Of a stretch of 64,000 nt of DNA, positions 34,417 through 44,485 are shown one piece after another. Made by a program: the position numbers and the translations under genes. The DNA is taken from contig CANGFA010000012.1 in NCBI GenBank assembly GCA_947453145.1, positions 4,291 through 68,290 of the forward strand. Direction: 5' to 3'. The notes under the pieces are model-generated. The model saw only the letters and a program-made list of their open reading frames with translations, had not been told where the DNA came from and made no database searches. Position 1 is the first letter of the stretch. The number at the start of each line of letters is the position of its first letter. The stretch comes from Bacteroidota bacterium (GTDB taxonomy: Bacteria; Bacteroidota; Bacteroidia; Chitinophagales; Chitinophagaceae).

Positions 34417-36939
34417 ATGGCAAAAGAGAAAAATTTAAGTAGGGTAACGGAGAATGAATCGGGCGTACAAGGCCAATATAAAAATTGGTTTTTGGATTAT
34501 GCATCCTATGTAATTCTAGAAAGAGCGGTACCTGCTATTGAAGACGGATTAAAACCTGTGCAACGTAGAATTCTGCATGCCATGAAGGAAATGGATGATG
34601 GCAGATTTAATAAAGTGGCAAATATCATAGGTCAAAGTATGCAGTATCACCCGCATGGAGATGCTAGTATTGGAGACGCATTGGTAAATATTGGGCAAAA
34701 GAATTTATTAGTAGAAACCCAGGGTAACTGGGGGGATGTGCGTACAGGGGATTCTGCTGCAGCATCCAGGTACATTGAGGCACGTTTAAGTAAGTTTGCA
34801 TTGGAGGTTGCTTTTAATGCAAAAACAACCGAGTGGGCATTAAGTTATGATGGCCGAAAAAACGAACCCGTAACCTTACCAATGAAATTTCCTTTATTAT
34901 TGGCGCAGGGTGCTGATGGTATTGCGGTAGGGCTTTCTACAAAAATTTTGCCTCATAATTTCAATGAATTATTAGAAGCGAGTATCAAACATTTGCGCGG
35001 CAGGAAATTTGAATTATTACCCGACTTCCAAACAGGGGGCATGATTGATGCTTCAAATTACAATGATGGAAAAAGAGGGGGTAAAGTGAGAGTGCGCGCT
35101 CATATTGAGGAACTAGATAAAAAGACATTATTAATTAAGGACGTTCCATATAGTGTTACAACAACCCAATTAATGGAGAGCATTACCAAGGCCAATGACC
35201 AAGGTAAAATCAAAATTAAAAAAGTAACCGACGTTACTGCTGCGGAAGTGGAAATACAAATTGATTTGGCAACGGGCATTTCTCCAGACATTACGATTGA
35301 TGCCCTATATGCTTTCACGGATTGTGAAATTAGCTTATCGCCCAATGCTTGTGTGATTGTAAACAATCGCCCTCAGTTTTTAGGTGCAAGCGATTTATTA
35401 AAGCATTCGGTAGAACATACCAAAGGGTTGTTAAAAGCAGAATTGGAAATTCAGTTAAAAGAATTAGAAAGCAAATGGCATTTTACGAGTTTGGAGAAGA
35501 TTTTCTTTGAAGAAAAAATTTACCAAGAATTAGAGAAAAAGCATTTGAACTGGGATAAAGTAATTGATGCCATTGACAAAGCATTTGATCCATTTAAAAA
35601 GAAATTCAAGAAGCCAATAGAGCGTGAGGACTTATTGAAATTAACGGATAAGCCAGTAAGGCGTATCTACAAATTAGATATTGAGGATTTAATTCAACAA
35701 ATAAAAGATATTGAAGCAAGCATTAAAGAAACCAAGCATCATTTAGACAATTTGGTGGATTATGCAGTAAGTTATTACGAAGGATTGCAAAAAAAATATG
35801 GCAAGGGCAAGGAGCGTAAAACGGAGATCAAAGAATTTGATACCATTCAAGTAAAGCAGGTTGCTATTGCCAATACGAAACTGTATATTAATAAAGCAGA
35901 AGGTTTTATTGGTACAGGATTAAAGAAGGACGAGTTCCTTTGCGATTGTACCGACTATGATGATATTATTGCATTTACCAAGTCGGGCATTATGAAAGTA
36001 GTAAAGGTTTCTGATAAAGTATTTATTGGGAAGGACATTATACATGCAGCCGTATTCCAAAAAAATGATGAACGTACTACTTATAATATGGTATACGTGG
36101 ATGGCGCAAGTGGTGTTAGTTATGCAAAACGTTTTAATGTTACAGGTGTAACGCGCGATAAAGAGTATCCTTTAGCAAAGAGTGCCGAAAAATCCAAAGT
36201 GCATTATATTTCGGTGAATGCAAATGGGGAAGCGGAATCGGTTAAAATTATTTTAAGCCCGAACTGTTCTGCTAGAATCAAAGAATTTGATTTCTATTTT
36301 GAAACCTTAGAAGTGAAAGGTAGAAGTAGTGTAGGTAATCAAGTAACAAAATATCCAATTAAAACAGTTCGTTTAAAAGAAGCAGGTAAGAGTACATTGG
36401 TTGGACGCAAGCTTTGGTTTGATGACAAATTTGGTCGTTTAAATAGCGAAGAGAAAGGATTGTATCTAGGTACTTTTGAGGATGAGAAATTATTGGTGTT
36501 TACCAAGGATGGATATTATGAAGTAACTGATACCGAACAATCTCAACGTTTTGATCCGGAGAAAGTGTTATTTATTGAGAAATTTAATCCAGATAAAATT
36601 GTTACTGCTGTTTATTTAGATAAGGATAAATTACAGTTTAATATCAAACGTTTTAAGATTGAAACTACAACTTTAAGATCTCCATTCTTATGTATTAAGG
36701 AAGGGGATGGCAATTATTTAGTAGCCGTGTCTACAAGTATTGAACCTATTTTGGTGGTGAATACGGGTAAAGGGGCGCAAATACGAAAAGCCAAATTTAA
36801 AGTAAGCAAGATTGTAGACATAATGGGTTGGAAAGCAGTAGGCACGAAATTAACCGATTTCAATAAGTCCATTGAGATGGAATGGGAAACCAAAGTGGTC
36901 ATAAAAGATCCTAACGACGAACAACCAGAATTATTCTAA
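34417..36939 (+). CDS. parC: DNA topoisomerase IV subunit A (ORF open from 34384)
   Basis: DGLKPVQRRIL, YHPHGDASI and SAAASRYIEARL (catalytic Tyr). Same operon as parE. Confidence 0.92.
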   Translation: MAKEKNLSRVTENESGVQGQYKNWFLDYASYVILERAVPAIEDGLKPVQRRILHAMKEMDDGRFNKVANIIGQSMQYHPHGDASIGDALVNIGQKNLLVETQGNWGDVRTGDSAAASRYIEARLSKFALEVAFNAKTTEWALSYDGRKNEPVTLPMKFPLLLAQGADGIAVGLSTKILPHNFNELLEASIKHLRGRKFELLPDFQTGGMIDASNYNDGKRGGKVRVRAHIEELDKKTLLIKDVPYSVTTTQLMESITKANDQGKIKIKKVTDVTAAEVEIQIDLATGISPDITIDALYAFTDCEISLSPNACVIVNNRPQFLGASDLLKHSVEHTKGLLKAELEIQLKELESKWHFTSLEKIFFEEKIYQELEKKHLNWDKVIDAIDKAFDPFKKKFKKPIEREDLLKLTDKPVRRIYKLDIEDLIQQIKDIEASIKETKHHLDNLVDYAVSYYEGLQKKYGKGKERKTEIKEFDTIQVKQVAIANTKLYINKAEGFIGTGLKKDEFLCDCTDYDDIIAFTKSGIMKVVKVSDKVFIGKDIIHAAVFQKNDERTTYNMVYVDGASGVSYAKRFNVTGVTRDKEYPLAKSAEKSKVHYISVNANGEAESVKIILSPNCSARIKEFDFYFETLEVKGRSSVGNQVTKYPIKTVRLKEAGKSTLVGRKLWFDDKFGRLNSEEKGLYLGTFEDEKLLVFTKDGYYEVTDTEQSQRFDPEKVLFIEKFNPDKIVTAVYLDKDKLQFNIKRFKIETTTLRSPFLCIKEGDGNYLVAVSTSIEPILVVNTGKGAQIRKAKFKVSKIVDIMGWKAVGTKLTDFNKSIEMEWETKVVIKDPNDEQPELF

Positions 36940-36975
36940 ATTTTAAAAAGGTTTTATAACCATAAATTAATAAAC

Positions 36976-37872
36976 ATGTCAACCATTAATGTAGGTCAAT
37001 TTAATCTAATGCACGTAGACCGAAAGGTAGACTTTGGTTTTTATATGGATGATGGCGGTGAAGGTATTTTATTGCCTAAAAGATTTGTGCCATCTGGTTT
37101 ACAAGTGGGAGATACCATTAGTGTATTTGTGTATCATGATTCTGACAACCGTTTAATTGCTACTACTCAAGAACCTTTTGCAGTTGTAGGTGACATTGCA
37201 GCCCTTAAAGTGGTTGAAATTACCCGTCAAGGTGCTTTTATGGATTGGGGTTTAATGAAGGACGTTTTTGTTCCAGCCTCACAACAACTTTCCACCATGC
37301 GTTTAGGCGGCAAGTATTTGGTGAAATTATACATTGATAAACAAACAGGAAGAGTTGCCGCTACAGAAAAAATTGATAATCAAATTAGCAATGATTTCTT
37401 GACTGTTAAGGAAGGAGAAAAAGTGAAAGTGCAGGTATATAGAGAATCTGAAATAGGATATGTTGTTATTGTGAATGGGGTACACCAAGGTTTGGTGTAT
37501 AAAAATGAAGTATTTACGCATTTGCATATTGGTCAGTTTATTGACGAAGCTTTTGTAAAAAAAATTAGAGAGGACAATAAATTAGATATTGGTATTGGTA
37601 AACAAGGGGTAGAAAAATTAGATGGAGACCAACAAACCATTATCAAATTATTGAAATTACACAAGGGTTTCTTGCCTTATCATGATAAATCAAGTCCAGA
37701 AGACATTTATGCATTTTTTGCAATGAGTAAAAAAGCATTTAAGATGAATGTAGGTATCTTATATAAATCTAAATTAATTACGATAGAAACAGAGGGTATT
37801 CGACTTGTGGAAGGCTCATCGGAATCGCCAGCACCTAATGTGAAAGATACCAGTGATAATGATCAGGCTTAA
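36976..37872 (+). CDS. S1 RNA-binding domain protein, CvfB/YitL family
   Basis: GILLPKR, GAFMDWGLMKDVFVP and FAMSKKAFKMNVGILYK (C-terminal winged helix). Confidence 0.9.
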   Translation: MSTINVGQFNLMHVDRKVDFGFYMDDGGEGILLPKRFVPSGLQVGDTISVFVYHDSDNRLIATTQEPFAVVGDIAALKVVEITRQGAFMDWGLMKDVFVPASQQLSTMRLGGKYLVKLYIDKQTGRVAATEKIDNQISNDFLTVKEGEKVKVQVYRESEIGYVVIVNGVHQGLVYKNEVFTHLHIGQFIDEAFVKKIREDNKLDIGIGKQGVEKLDGDQQTIIKLLKLHKGFLPYHDKSSPEDIYAFFAMSKKAFKMNVGILYKSKLITIETEGIRLVEGSSESPAPNVKDTSDNDQA

Positions 37873-37915
37873 TTAAGAATGAAGTAACTATTTTTACTAT
37901 TGTAAATTTAACATT

Positions 37916-39097
37916 ATGGCAAAGGAAGTATTTATTGTAGCTGCAGTGAGAACACCCATAGGATCTTTTGGTGGGGTATTAAAATCCGTTTCCGCAACTA
38001 CACTTGGCGCCATTGCCATTAAAGGTGCAATAGATAAAATAAATTTGAATCCTGCATTGGTGGATGAAGTCATAATGGGTTCGGTGTTGCAAGCTGGACT
38101 AGGACAAGCGCCTGCAAGACAAGCTAGTAAAGTAGCGGGCCTTCCTGATAAAGTAATTGCTACCACGGTTAATAAGGTTTGTGCAAGTGGTATGAAATCC
38201 ATAGTCATGGCTACACAAAATATATTATTGGGAGATGCAGATATTGTAATTGCAGGTGGCATGGAAAGCATGAGTAATGTACCTTTTTATAATGCTACCC
38301 AAAGATGGGGTAATAAATATGGCAATATTACTTTGGAAGATGGATTGGCAAAGGATGGTTTGATGGATGTGTATGACCATGTTGCCATGGGCAATTTTGC
38401 AGATTTATGTGCAAAAGAAAATAATATTTCAAGAGCAGATCAAGATGCATTTGCCATTGCTAGTTATCAAAAATCACAAGCTGCTATTGAGAAGGGGTTG
38501 TTTGAAAATGAAATTGTTCCAGTAACTATTCCTCAACGAAAAGGAGACCCTGTTTTAATTTCAAAAGATGAAGAACCATTCAATGTTAAGTTTGACAAAG
38601 TAGCACAATTAAATCCTGCTTTTACTAAAGAAGGAACTGTAACTGCTGCTAATGCAAGTACGATGAATGATGGAGCAGCTGCTTTAATTTTAATAAGTGG
38701 TGAAAAGCTAAAGGAATTGGGATTAAAGCCCTTGGCAAAAATAGTGAGTTATGCGGACGCTGAACAAGATCCAAAATGGTTTACAACTACTCCAGCATTA
38801 GCACTCCCAAAAGCATTGGCGAAGGCCAATTTAAAATCGGAACAAATAAACTTCTTTGAATTCAATGAAGCATTTTCGGTAGTAGGCATTGTTAATACGC
38901 AATTGTTAAAACTAGATCCTACTAAAGTAAATGTAAACGGTGGATCCGTATCCCTTGGGCACCCATTGGGATGCAGTGGTGCAAGAATTGTAGTCACCCT
39001 TATAAATGTATTGCAACAAAATAATGGCCAATTTGGTGCAGCGGCAATTTGTAACGGCGGGGGTGGTGCAAGTGCAATAATTATAGAGAAGATTTAA
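37916..39097 (+). CDS. Acetyl-CoA C-acetyltransferase (thiolase)
   Basis: TVNKVCASG, GGMESMS, NEAF, GHPLGCSG and ICNGGGG. Confidence 0.95.
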   Translation: MAKEVFIVAAVRTPIGSFGGVLKSVSATTLGAIAIKGAIDKINLNPALVDEVIMGSVLQAGLGQAPARQASKVAGLPDKVIATTVNKVCASGMKSIVMATQNILLGDADIVIAGGMESMSNVPFYNATQRWGNKYGNITLEDGLAKDGLMDVYDHVAMGNFADLCAKENNISRADQDAFAIASYQKSQAAIEKGLFENEIVPVTIPQRKGDPVLISKDEEPFNVKFDKVAQLNPAFTKEGTVTAANASTMNDGAAALILISGEKLKELGLKPLAKIVSYADAEQDPKWFTTTPALALPKALAKANLKSEQINFFEFNEAFSVVGIVNTQLLKLDPTKVNVNGGSVSLGHPLGCSGARIVVTLINVLQQNNGQFGAAAICNGGGGASAIIIEKI

Positions 39098-39426
39098 ACT
39101 CCAGCCTGTTCAATTACATCGTCCATCATAATTCCATAATGGCTTTCGTCGTATATACACTCACCTTGCTTAATTAATAAAATTTGAGGCGATTCATGGT
39201 GAACCTGAAAGGCTTCTGCAATGGCGGCCGATATATTTCTATGATTTAATAAATCTAAATAGTAAAAGTCTATATGATCAGGTGCTTCGACACGTTCAAA
39301 TCTGGATAAAGCCATTTTTGAAATACTGCAAGTAGTGCTATGCTTAAAAATGAGTTGAGGCTTATTTTTAGAAGCTTCTTTAATGGCGTCAATCTGTTCT
39401 AAATTCGTAAGTGGTATCCAATTCAT
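39094..39426 (-). CDS. ytxJ: Bacillithiol-system redox-active protein YtxJ
   Basis: IFKHSTTCSIS, YYLDLL and VHHESPQ. Confidence 0.88.
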   Translation of the reverse strand: MNWIPLTNLEQIDAIKEASKNKPQLIFKHSTTCSISKMALSRFERVEAPDHIDFYYLDLLNHRNISAAIAEAFQVHHESPQILLIKQGECIYDESHYGIMMDDVIEQAGV

Positions 39427-39532
39427 GATATGATATTAAAGGTGTAAAATTAGGATTTTTAAAACGAGTATAAACAGATATTCTATTCTTTTTACTAGTC
39501 AAATTGATTAACTTCGTTAAATAATCTTTTTT

Positions 39533-40300
39533 ATGCCATTATCTTTATTAAAACCCATTTGCTTTATTGATTTAGAAACCACTGGTATCAATGTAAGTAT
39601 GGATAGAATTGTGGAAATAGCCATAGTCAAAATAGGAACAGACGGAACCAAGCAAGTAAAAAGAAGATTGGTAAATCCCGAAATGCCCATTCCTAAAGCA
39701 AGTTCTGATGTCCATGGAATTACGGATGACATGGTTAAAGACGCTCCAAGTTTTAAAACCCTTGCAAACGAAATTAAACAATTTATGGAAGGTTGCGATA
39801 TTGGAGGATACAATAGTAATCGTTTTGATGTACCCATGTTGAATGAAGAATTTTTAAGAGCTGGAATAAATGTGGATATGGAGAGTAGAAAATTGTTAGA
39901 CGTGCAAAAAGTGTTTCATATGATGGAACAAAGAACATTAAGTGCAGCTTATCAATTTTATTGCCACAAAACTTTGGAAGGAGCCCATACCGCCGAAGCA
40001 GATGCGACAGCAACCTGGGAAATATTAGAAGCACAAATCGACAGATATCCTCAAATTGGGAATACCGTTGAATCCATTGTAAAATTTACGGGGGAGGATG
40101 AAATTATAGATTTTGCTCGTAGACTTGTTTACGAAAATGGAGTTCCCGTTTTTAATTTTGGAAAACACAAAGGGAAATCGGTCATTGAGGTCTTAAAAGC
40201 CGAACCACAATACTATGATTGGATCATGAAAGGTGATTTTGCACTGCATACAAAGCAAAAACTAACTGAAATTTTGAATAAATCGATATTAAATAAATAG
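39533..40300 (+). CDS. DEDDh 3'-5' exonuclease (DNA Pol III epsilon-like)
   Basis: FIDLETTG, GYNSNRFDV and HTAEADA, with C-terminal FNFGKHKG. Confidence 0.9.
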   Translation: MPLSLLKPICFIDLETTGINVSMDRIVEIAIVKIGTDGTKQVKRRLVNPEMPIPKASSDVHGITDDMVKDAPSFKTLANEIKQFMEGCDIGGYNSNRFDVPMLNEEFLRAGINVDMESRKLLDVQKVFHMMEQRTLSAAYQFYCHKTLEGAHTAEADATATWEILEAQIDRYPQIGNTVESIVKFTGEDEIIDFARRLVYENGVPVFNFGKHKGKSVIEVLKAEPQYYDWIMKGDFALHTKQKLTEILNKSILNK

Positions 40301-40364
40301 TATATATAGCATATTTTAATGACAATTATGTACTTTTAATATCATCTACCCCTAAAAATTACAT

Positions 40365-41111
40365 GTGAAGAAAATTGTTTTAATACCAACTTACAATGAA
40401 AAGGAGAATATAGCCTCAATAATTGATGCTGTCTTGTCTTTTGATGCAGGTTATCATGTGTTGGTTATAGATGATGGATCTCCAGATGGCACGGCAGATA
40501 TTGTAAGGGCAATTATGATTTCTAGTCATGATCGTGTTTTTATAGAATGTAGAAAAGGTAAATTGGGCTTAGGTACTGCCTATATTCATGGATTTAAATG
40601 GGCACTTTCAAATGGATATGATTATATCATTGAAATGGATGCCGATTTCTCGCACAACCCCAAGGATTTAGATCGCTTATGTGCTGCATGTGATGCAGGA
40701 GCGGATGTAGCTGTTGGAAGTAGATATGTAAAAGGGGGTTCCACTGAAAACTGGCCCTTAGATAGGAAAATTTATTCGCAAGGAGGATCCGCATATACAA
40801 GAATTATAACAGGTATGCCTGTGAAAGATCCTACTGCAGGATTTGTTTGTTATAAAAGCAAAGTATTAGATAGTATTAACTTAGATCATATCAAATTTAT
40901 AGGATACGCATTTCAAATTGAGATGAAATTTGCAAGCTGGAGATTAGGTTTTAAAATTAAAGAAGTACCTATTAAATTTATTGACCGTAAAATTGGCGTA
41001 AGTAAAATGTCTAAAGGCATTATCAAGGAGGCCATCAAAGGTGTTTTAAACATGCAATGGTTATACATCACAGGACGCTATATTAAATATATAAAGCGTG
41101 ACCAGTTTTAA
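40365..41111 (+). CDS. Polyprenol monophosphomannose synthase (GT2)
   Basis: IPTYNEKENI, IDDGSPDGT, GLGTAY, EMDADFSH and GYAFQIEM. Confidence 0.92.
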   Translation: MKKIVLIPTYNEKENIASIIDAVLSFDAGYHVLVIDDGSPDGTADIVRAIMISSHDRVFIECRKGKLGLGTAYIHGFKWALSNGYDYIIEMDADFSHNPKDLDRLCAACDAGADVAVGSRYVKGGSTENWPLDRKIYSQGGSAYTRIITGMPVKDPTAGFVCYKSKVLDSINLDHIKFIGYAFQIEMKFASWRLGFKIKEVPIKFIDRKIGVSKMSKGIIKEAIKGVLNMQWLYITGRYIKYIKRDQF

Positions 41112-41976
41112 AAAGTCTTTATTTCAATTACATTTTTTTGTTTTTTTAGCAGGTTTAACAGGCCCTATTGGTAATTTAATTCAATTAAATGGATTAAATT
41201 TAGTTATGTATCGAATGGGTATTGCCTCATTGGTTACATTAATCATGTTTACATTGATTAAAAATAAAATGGCCATTTCACTCAAAACAAAATGGCAGAT
41301 AATTGGTGTTGGAGTATTAATTTCTATGCATTGGGTTTTATTTTATACTAGTATTAAACTTTCTAATGTTTCCATAGGACTGGTTTGTCTTTCGAGTGTT
41401 GCACTATTTACTGTTTTATTAGATCCTATTTTTACCCGTAATAAAATTAAATGGCAGGATTTAGTGATTGCATTCATTAGTTTATTGGGCATATTATTTA
41501 TTTTCCAATTTGATATCCAATACCGAAAAGGAATAGCTGTTGGTTTGGTTTCTTCTTTTATTGCAGCTTTATTTACCCAGTTTAATAAAAAATTAACAGT
41601 GCATAATGAGCCACAAACCCTTCAAACATTTCAAATGTTGGGTGGCTTTTTATTTTTAGCCTGTATTGTACTTGCAGTAAGTGGGGTTACAAAAATCAAA
41701 ATTCCATTACCCACACAAGTGGATTGGTTTTGGTTAATTGTATTGGCCTTGGCTTGTACAGTTTGGTCTAATTATTTAATGCTTTCTGCATTAAAACATA
41801 TCAGTGCATTTACGATGAATGTCACACTTAATTTGGAGCCCGTTTATGGGATTCTCATTTCTTTTATAGCATTTCAAGAACACAAACAATTAGGTATATC
41901 CTTTTATATAGGGTTTTTCTTAATCGCTATTTCGGTACTTATACAAATGTTACGCGTAATTAGAATTCCCAAATAA
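41098..41976 (+). CDS. DMT/EamA family transporter
   Basis: About 10 TM helices, HWVLFYTSIK and NLEPVYGI. Confidence 0.88.
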   Translation: MTSFKKSLFQLHFFVFLAGLTGPIGNLIQLNGLNLVMYRMGIASLVTLIMFTLIKNKMAISLKTKWQIIGVGVLISMHWVLFYTSIKLSNVSIGLVCLSSVALFTVLLDPIFTRNKIKWQDLVIAFISLLGILFIFQFDIQYRKGIAVGLVSSFIAALFTQFNKKLTVHNEPQTLQTFQMLGGFLFLACIVLAVSGVTKIKIPLPTQVDWFWLIVLALACTVWSNYLMLSALKHISAFTMNVTLNLEPVYGILISFIAFQEHKQLGISFYIGFFLIAISVLIQMLRVIRIPK

Positions 41977-44410
41977 ATCCAAAAGTAGGAGTTACAAATA
42001 CCCTGTTACTATTGGTTAAAGTAGGTATTGCATTGGAACCATTTTTTTGAATAGGTTTCCCATCTGTTGTTTTAAAAGTCCCGTCTGGGTTGGATTCAAA
42101 TGTAAATACACTTGGTGAAACACTCTTGCTACCATACCAATTGGTGATGTCTAAGAAAAAGTCAATGGTTGTTTTTTTGTAGTTGTATTTTTTATCAATC
42201 CTTAAATCACTAGAATGATAATTTGGTAATCTTAATGTATTGGTTTTAGTATAATCTAATACGCCTAATCCTTGGGTTAAGAAATTAATTCTACTAGCAT
42301 CCTGATTGTAAGGTGTATATGGTGTTCCTCCTTGAAATCTGAACTTAATGCCTAACTCCCAATTTTTATTAAATTTATAACCACCTGTTAAACTTAGTAC
42401 ATGAATGTTTTCCCATGCACTTTTTATAAATTCACCTTTTATATTGGTGTAGGAACTTCTAAAGAAACTATAACTTGCAACACCAAAAAAACGATCTGTT
42501 AATTTTTGTTGAGCAAATAGTTCATAGCCATAACTACGGCCTTGACCATTGCTAACAATGGGTTCATTTCCTAAAATATTAAAGTCGGCACCTAAGTTGG
42601 AGAGGCTTAATCCTTTTTGGATACTAATGGGTACATTAAAATATTTTTTATAATAAACTTCGGCAGTAAAACGAGTCGCTTCACTAGGAATGTATTCAAT
42701 GCCAGCAACATAGTGGTTGGCGCCAATATATTCTGCTTCCTTATTTACATAATTACCATTTGCATCTTTAAAACCCAATGCTGTATTAGGGGCTACTTTA
42801 TAATATCTGCCAACCGAAGCGTTTAAGTTAATCTTATCTGTTAATACATAACTAAAGCCAATACGTGGAGATAATCTGTGATAAAACTCTTTACCTGCCG
42901 TATTAAAGCTATTCCCATCTGTTCTAATACCTGCACTTATACCTAGGCGGTTATTAAATGCTCTTTTACCAATTTGAAAAAATGCTCCAAATTTTTTATA
43001 ATTTAAGTTGGTTGCATATTTATAAACATTAGGCGCTGGCAAGTAGGTTGGCAATAAAGCACTGTCGACATAGGGTCTTGGCAAAATCTGATAAGTTGAA
43101 TTATCATATTCTATTGATTGTAAGTTGGCACCTGTTGTCCATTTAAAACCTAAGAAACTTTTTGTGATATCAAAACGAATGGAGTTGGATATATCATTGG
43201 AAGTGTAATCAAAAGTTTTTTCTCCTTTAATAGGGTTTAAATTATCCTCATATTTTTCATTGATGTTATTTAAATGTGAACGACTTACACTTATATTCCA
43301 ATATCCTTTATTAATTAACTTCTTTAACGATGCGCCAACGGTATAGCTCCATTGGTTAATGGAAGGTGCTATGTTTAAAGCATATCTTTTTTCGGGTGTA
43401 GAATTTTGAGGAGCAACATAGGAAAACTTGTCAATGGCTCCAACGCCTAATAAAGTTAGCGTGGTTTTAGCATCTATCTGGTGCGATACTTTATATTGGA
43501 AATCCCAATAGTTGGGTCTAATAGGCAAGTCCAACACGTGAAACAAGAATTGTAAATAACTGCGTCTTGCAGATAATAAAAAAGTGGTTTTCCCATTTTT
43601 GGAAAGGGGGCCCTCTAATGTACTGGCAACTTCTGTTGCGCCTAATCTAAAGTTTCCTTGTACTTTTTCGCTATTTCCTTTTTTTTGCTTGAATTCAAAA
43701 ACGGAAGAAAGGGCATTGTCATATTTTGCATCAAAGGCCGAGGAAGAAAGCTTAACCTCGTCAATAAAAGAAACATTTAAAATTCCTTGTGGACCACCAG
43801 CACTACCTTGAGTGCTAAAATGATTGATTACAGGGATCTCAATACCATCCAGATAAAAAACATTCTCATTGGGCGCACCACCTCTAACAATAATATCATT
43901 TCTAAATCCTGCACCAGTAGTTGCAGATCCAGATACCCCTGGTAGGGTTTGAACCACTTTAGAAATATCAAAATTACTTCCAGGGCTTGATTTGATTTCT
44001 TCGGCGGTTAATTTTTGAATACTTAATGGGGTCTCTAAAGTTGCGGCCCGTACCGACTTTTTAATATTACCAACAACTACTTCCTTTAAGCTTATTTCTA
44101 GTGGGAGTAGTTCAGCAGTAATAAAATTTATATTACCCGAACCTATAATCACATTATACAAATGATAAGGTATGTATCCTACATAGTTGATTACAATATG
44201 ATATTGTCCTGTTGGAATGGATTTAAATGTAAATTTCCCTAAACTGTCACTTACAGTGGCAAATTTGGAATTTACAATTTGCACATTAGCTCCTAGTAAT
44301 GGCTTTTGGGTATTTTTATCTAGCACTTCACCTACTAAATTCCCCTTGGACTGTGCTAAACTTAAAAATGGCAAAAAAAGCGCTAAACCAATGATGTAAA
44401 ATATCCTCAT
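41960..44410 (-). CDS. TonB-dependent receptor with an N-terminal carboxypeptidase-regulatory-like domain
   Basis: Signal peptide (SLA|Q), GEVLDKNTQKPLLGANV, plug VQTLPGV...IIVRGG..ENVFYLDG and C-terminal FGFIWEF. Confidence 0.9.
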   Translation of the reverse strand: MRIFYIIGLALFLPFLSLAQSKGNLVGEVLDKNTQKPLLGANVQIVNSKFATVSDSLGKFTFKSIPTGQYHIVINYVGYIPYHLYNVIIGSGNINFITAELLPLEISLKEVVVGNIKKSVRAATLETPLSIQKLTAEEIKSSPGSNFDISKVVQTLPGVSGSATTGAGFRNDIIVRGGAPNENVFYLDGIEIPVINHFSTQGSAGGPQGILNVSFIDEVKLSSSAFDAKYDNALSSVFEFKQKKGNSEKVQGNFRLGATEVASTLEGPLSKNGKTTFLLSARRSYLQFLFHVLDLPIRPNYWDFQYKVSHQIDAKTTLTLLGVGAIDKFSYVAPQNSTPEKRYALNIAPSINQWSYTVGASLKKLINKGYWNISVSRSHLNNINEKYEDNLNPIKGEKTFDYTSNDISNSIRFDITKSFLGFKWTTGANLQSIEYDNSTYQILPRPYVDSALLPTYLPAPNVYKYATNLNYKKFGAFFQIGKRAFNNRLGISAGIRTDGNSFNTAGKEFYHRLSPRIGFSYVLTDKINLNASVGRYYKVAPNTALGFKDANGNYVNKEAEYIGANHYVAGIEYIPSEATRFTAEVYYKKYFNVPISIQKGLSLSNLGADFNILGNEPIVSNGQGRSYGYELFAQQKLTDRFFGVASYSFFRSSYTNIKGEFIKSAWENIHVLSLTGGYKFNKNWELGIKFRFQGGTPYTPYNQDASRINFLTQGLGVLDYTKTNTLRLPNYHSSDLRIDKKYNYKKTTIDFFLDITNWYGSKSVSPSVFTFESNPDGTFKTTDGKPIQKNGSNAIPTLTNSNRVFVTPTFGFIWEF

Positions 44411-44485
44411 AAATCAACAATTTATATATATTACATAACAAAATTACAGCTAAAAAGTTGAGTTTTTATTAATAAATATTTTAAT

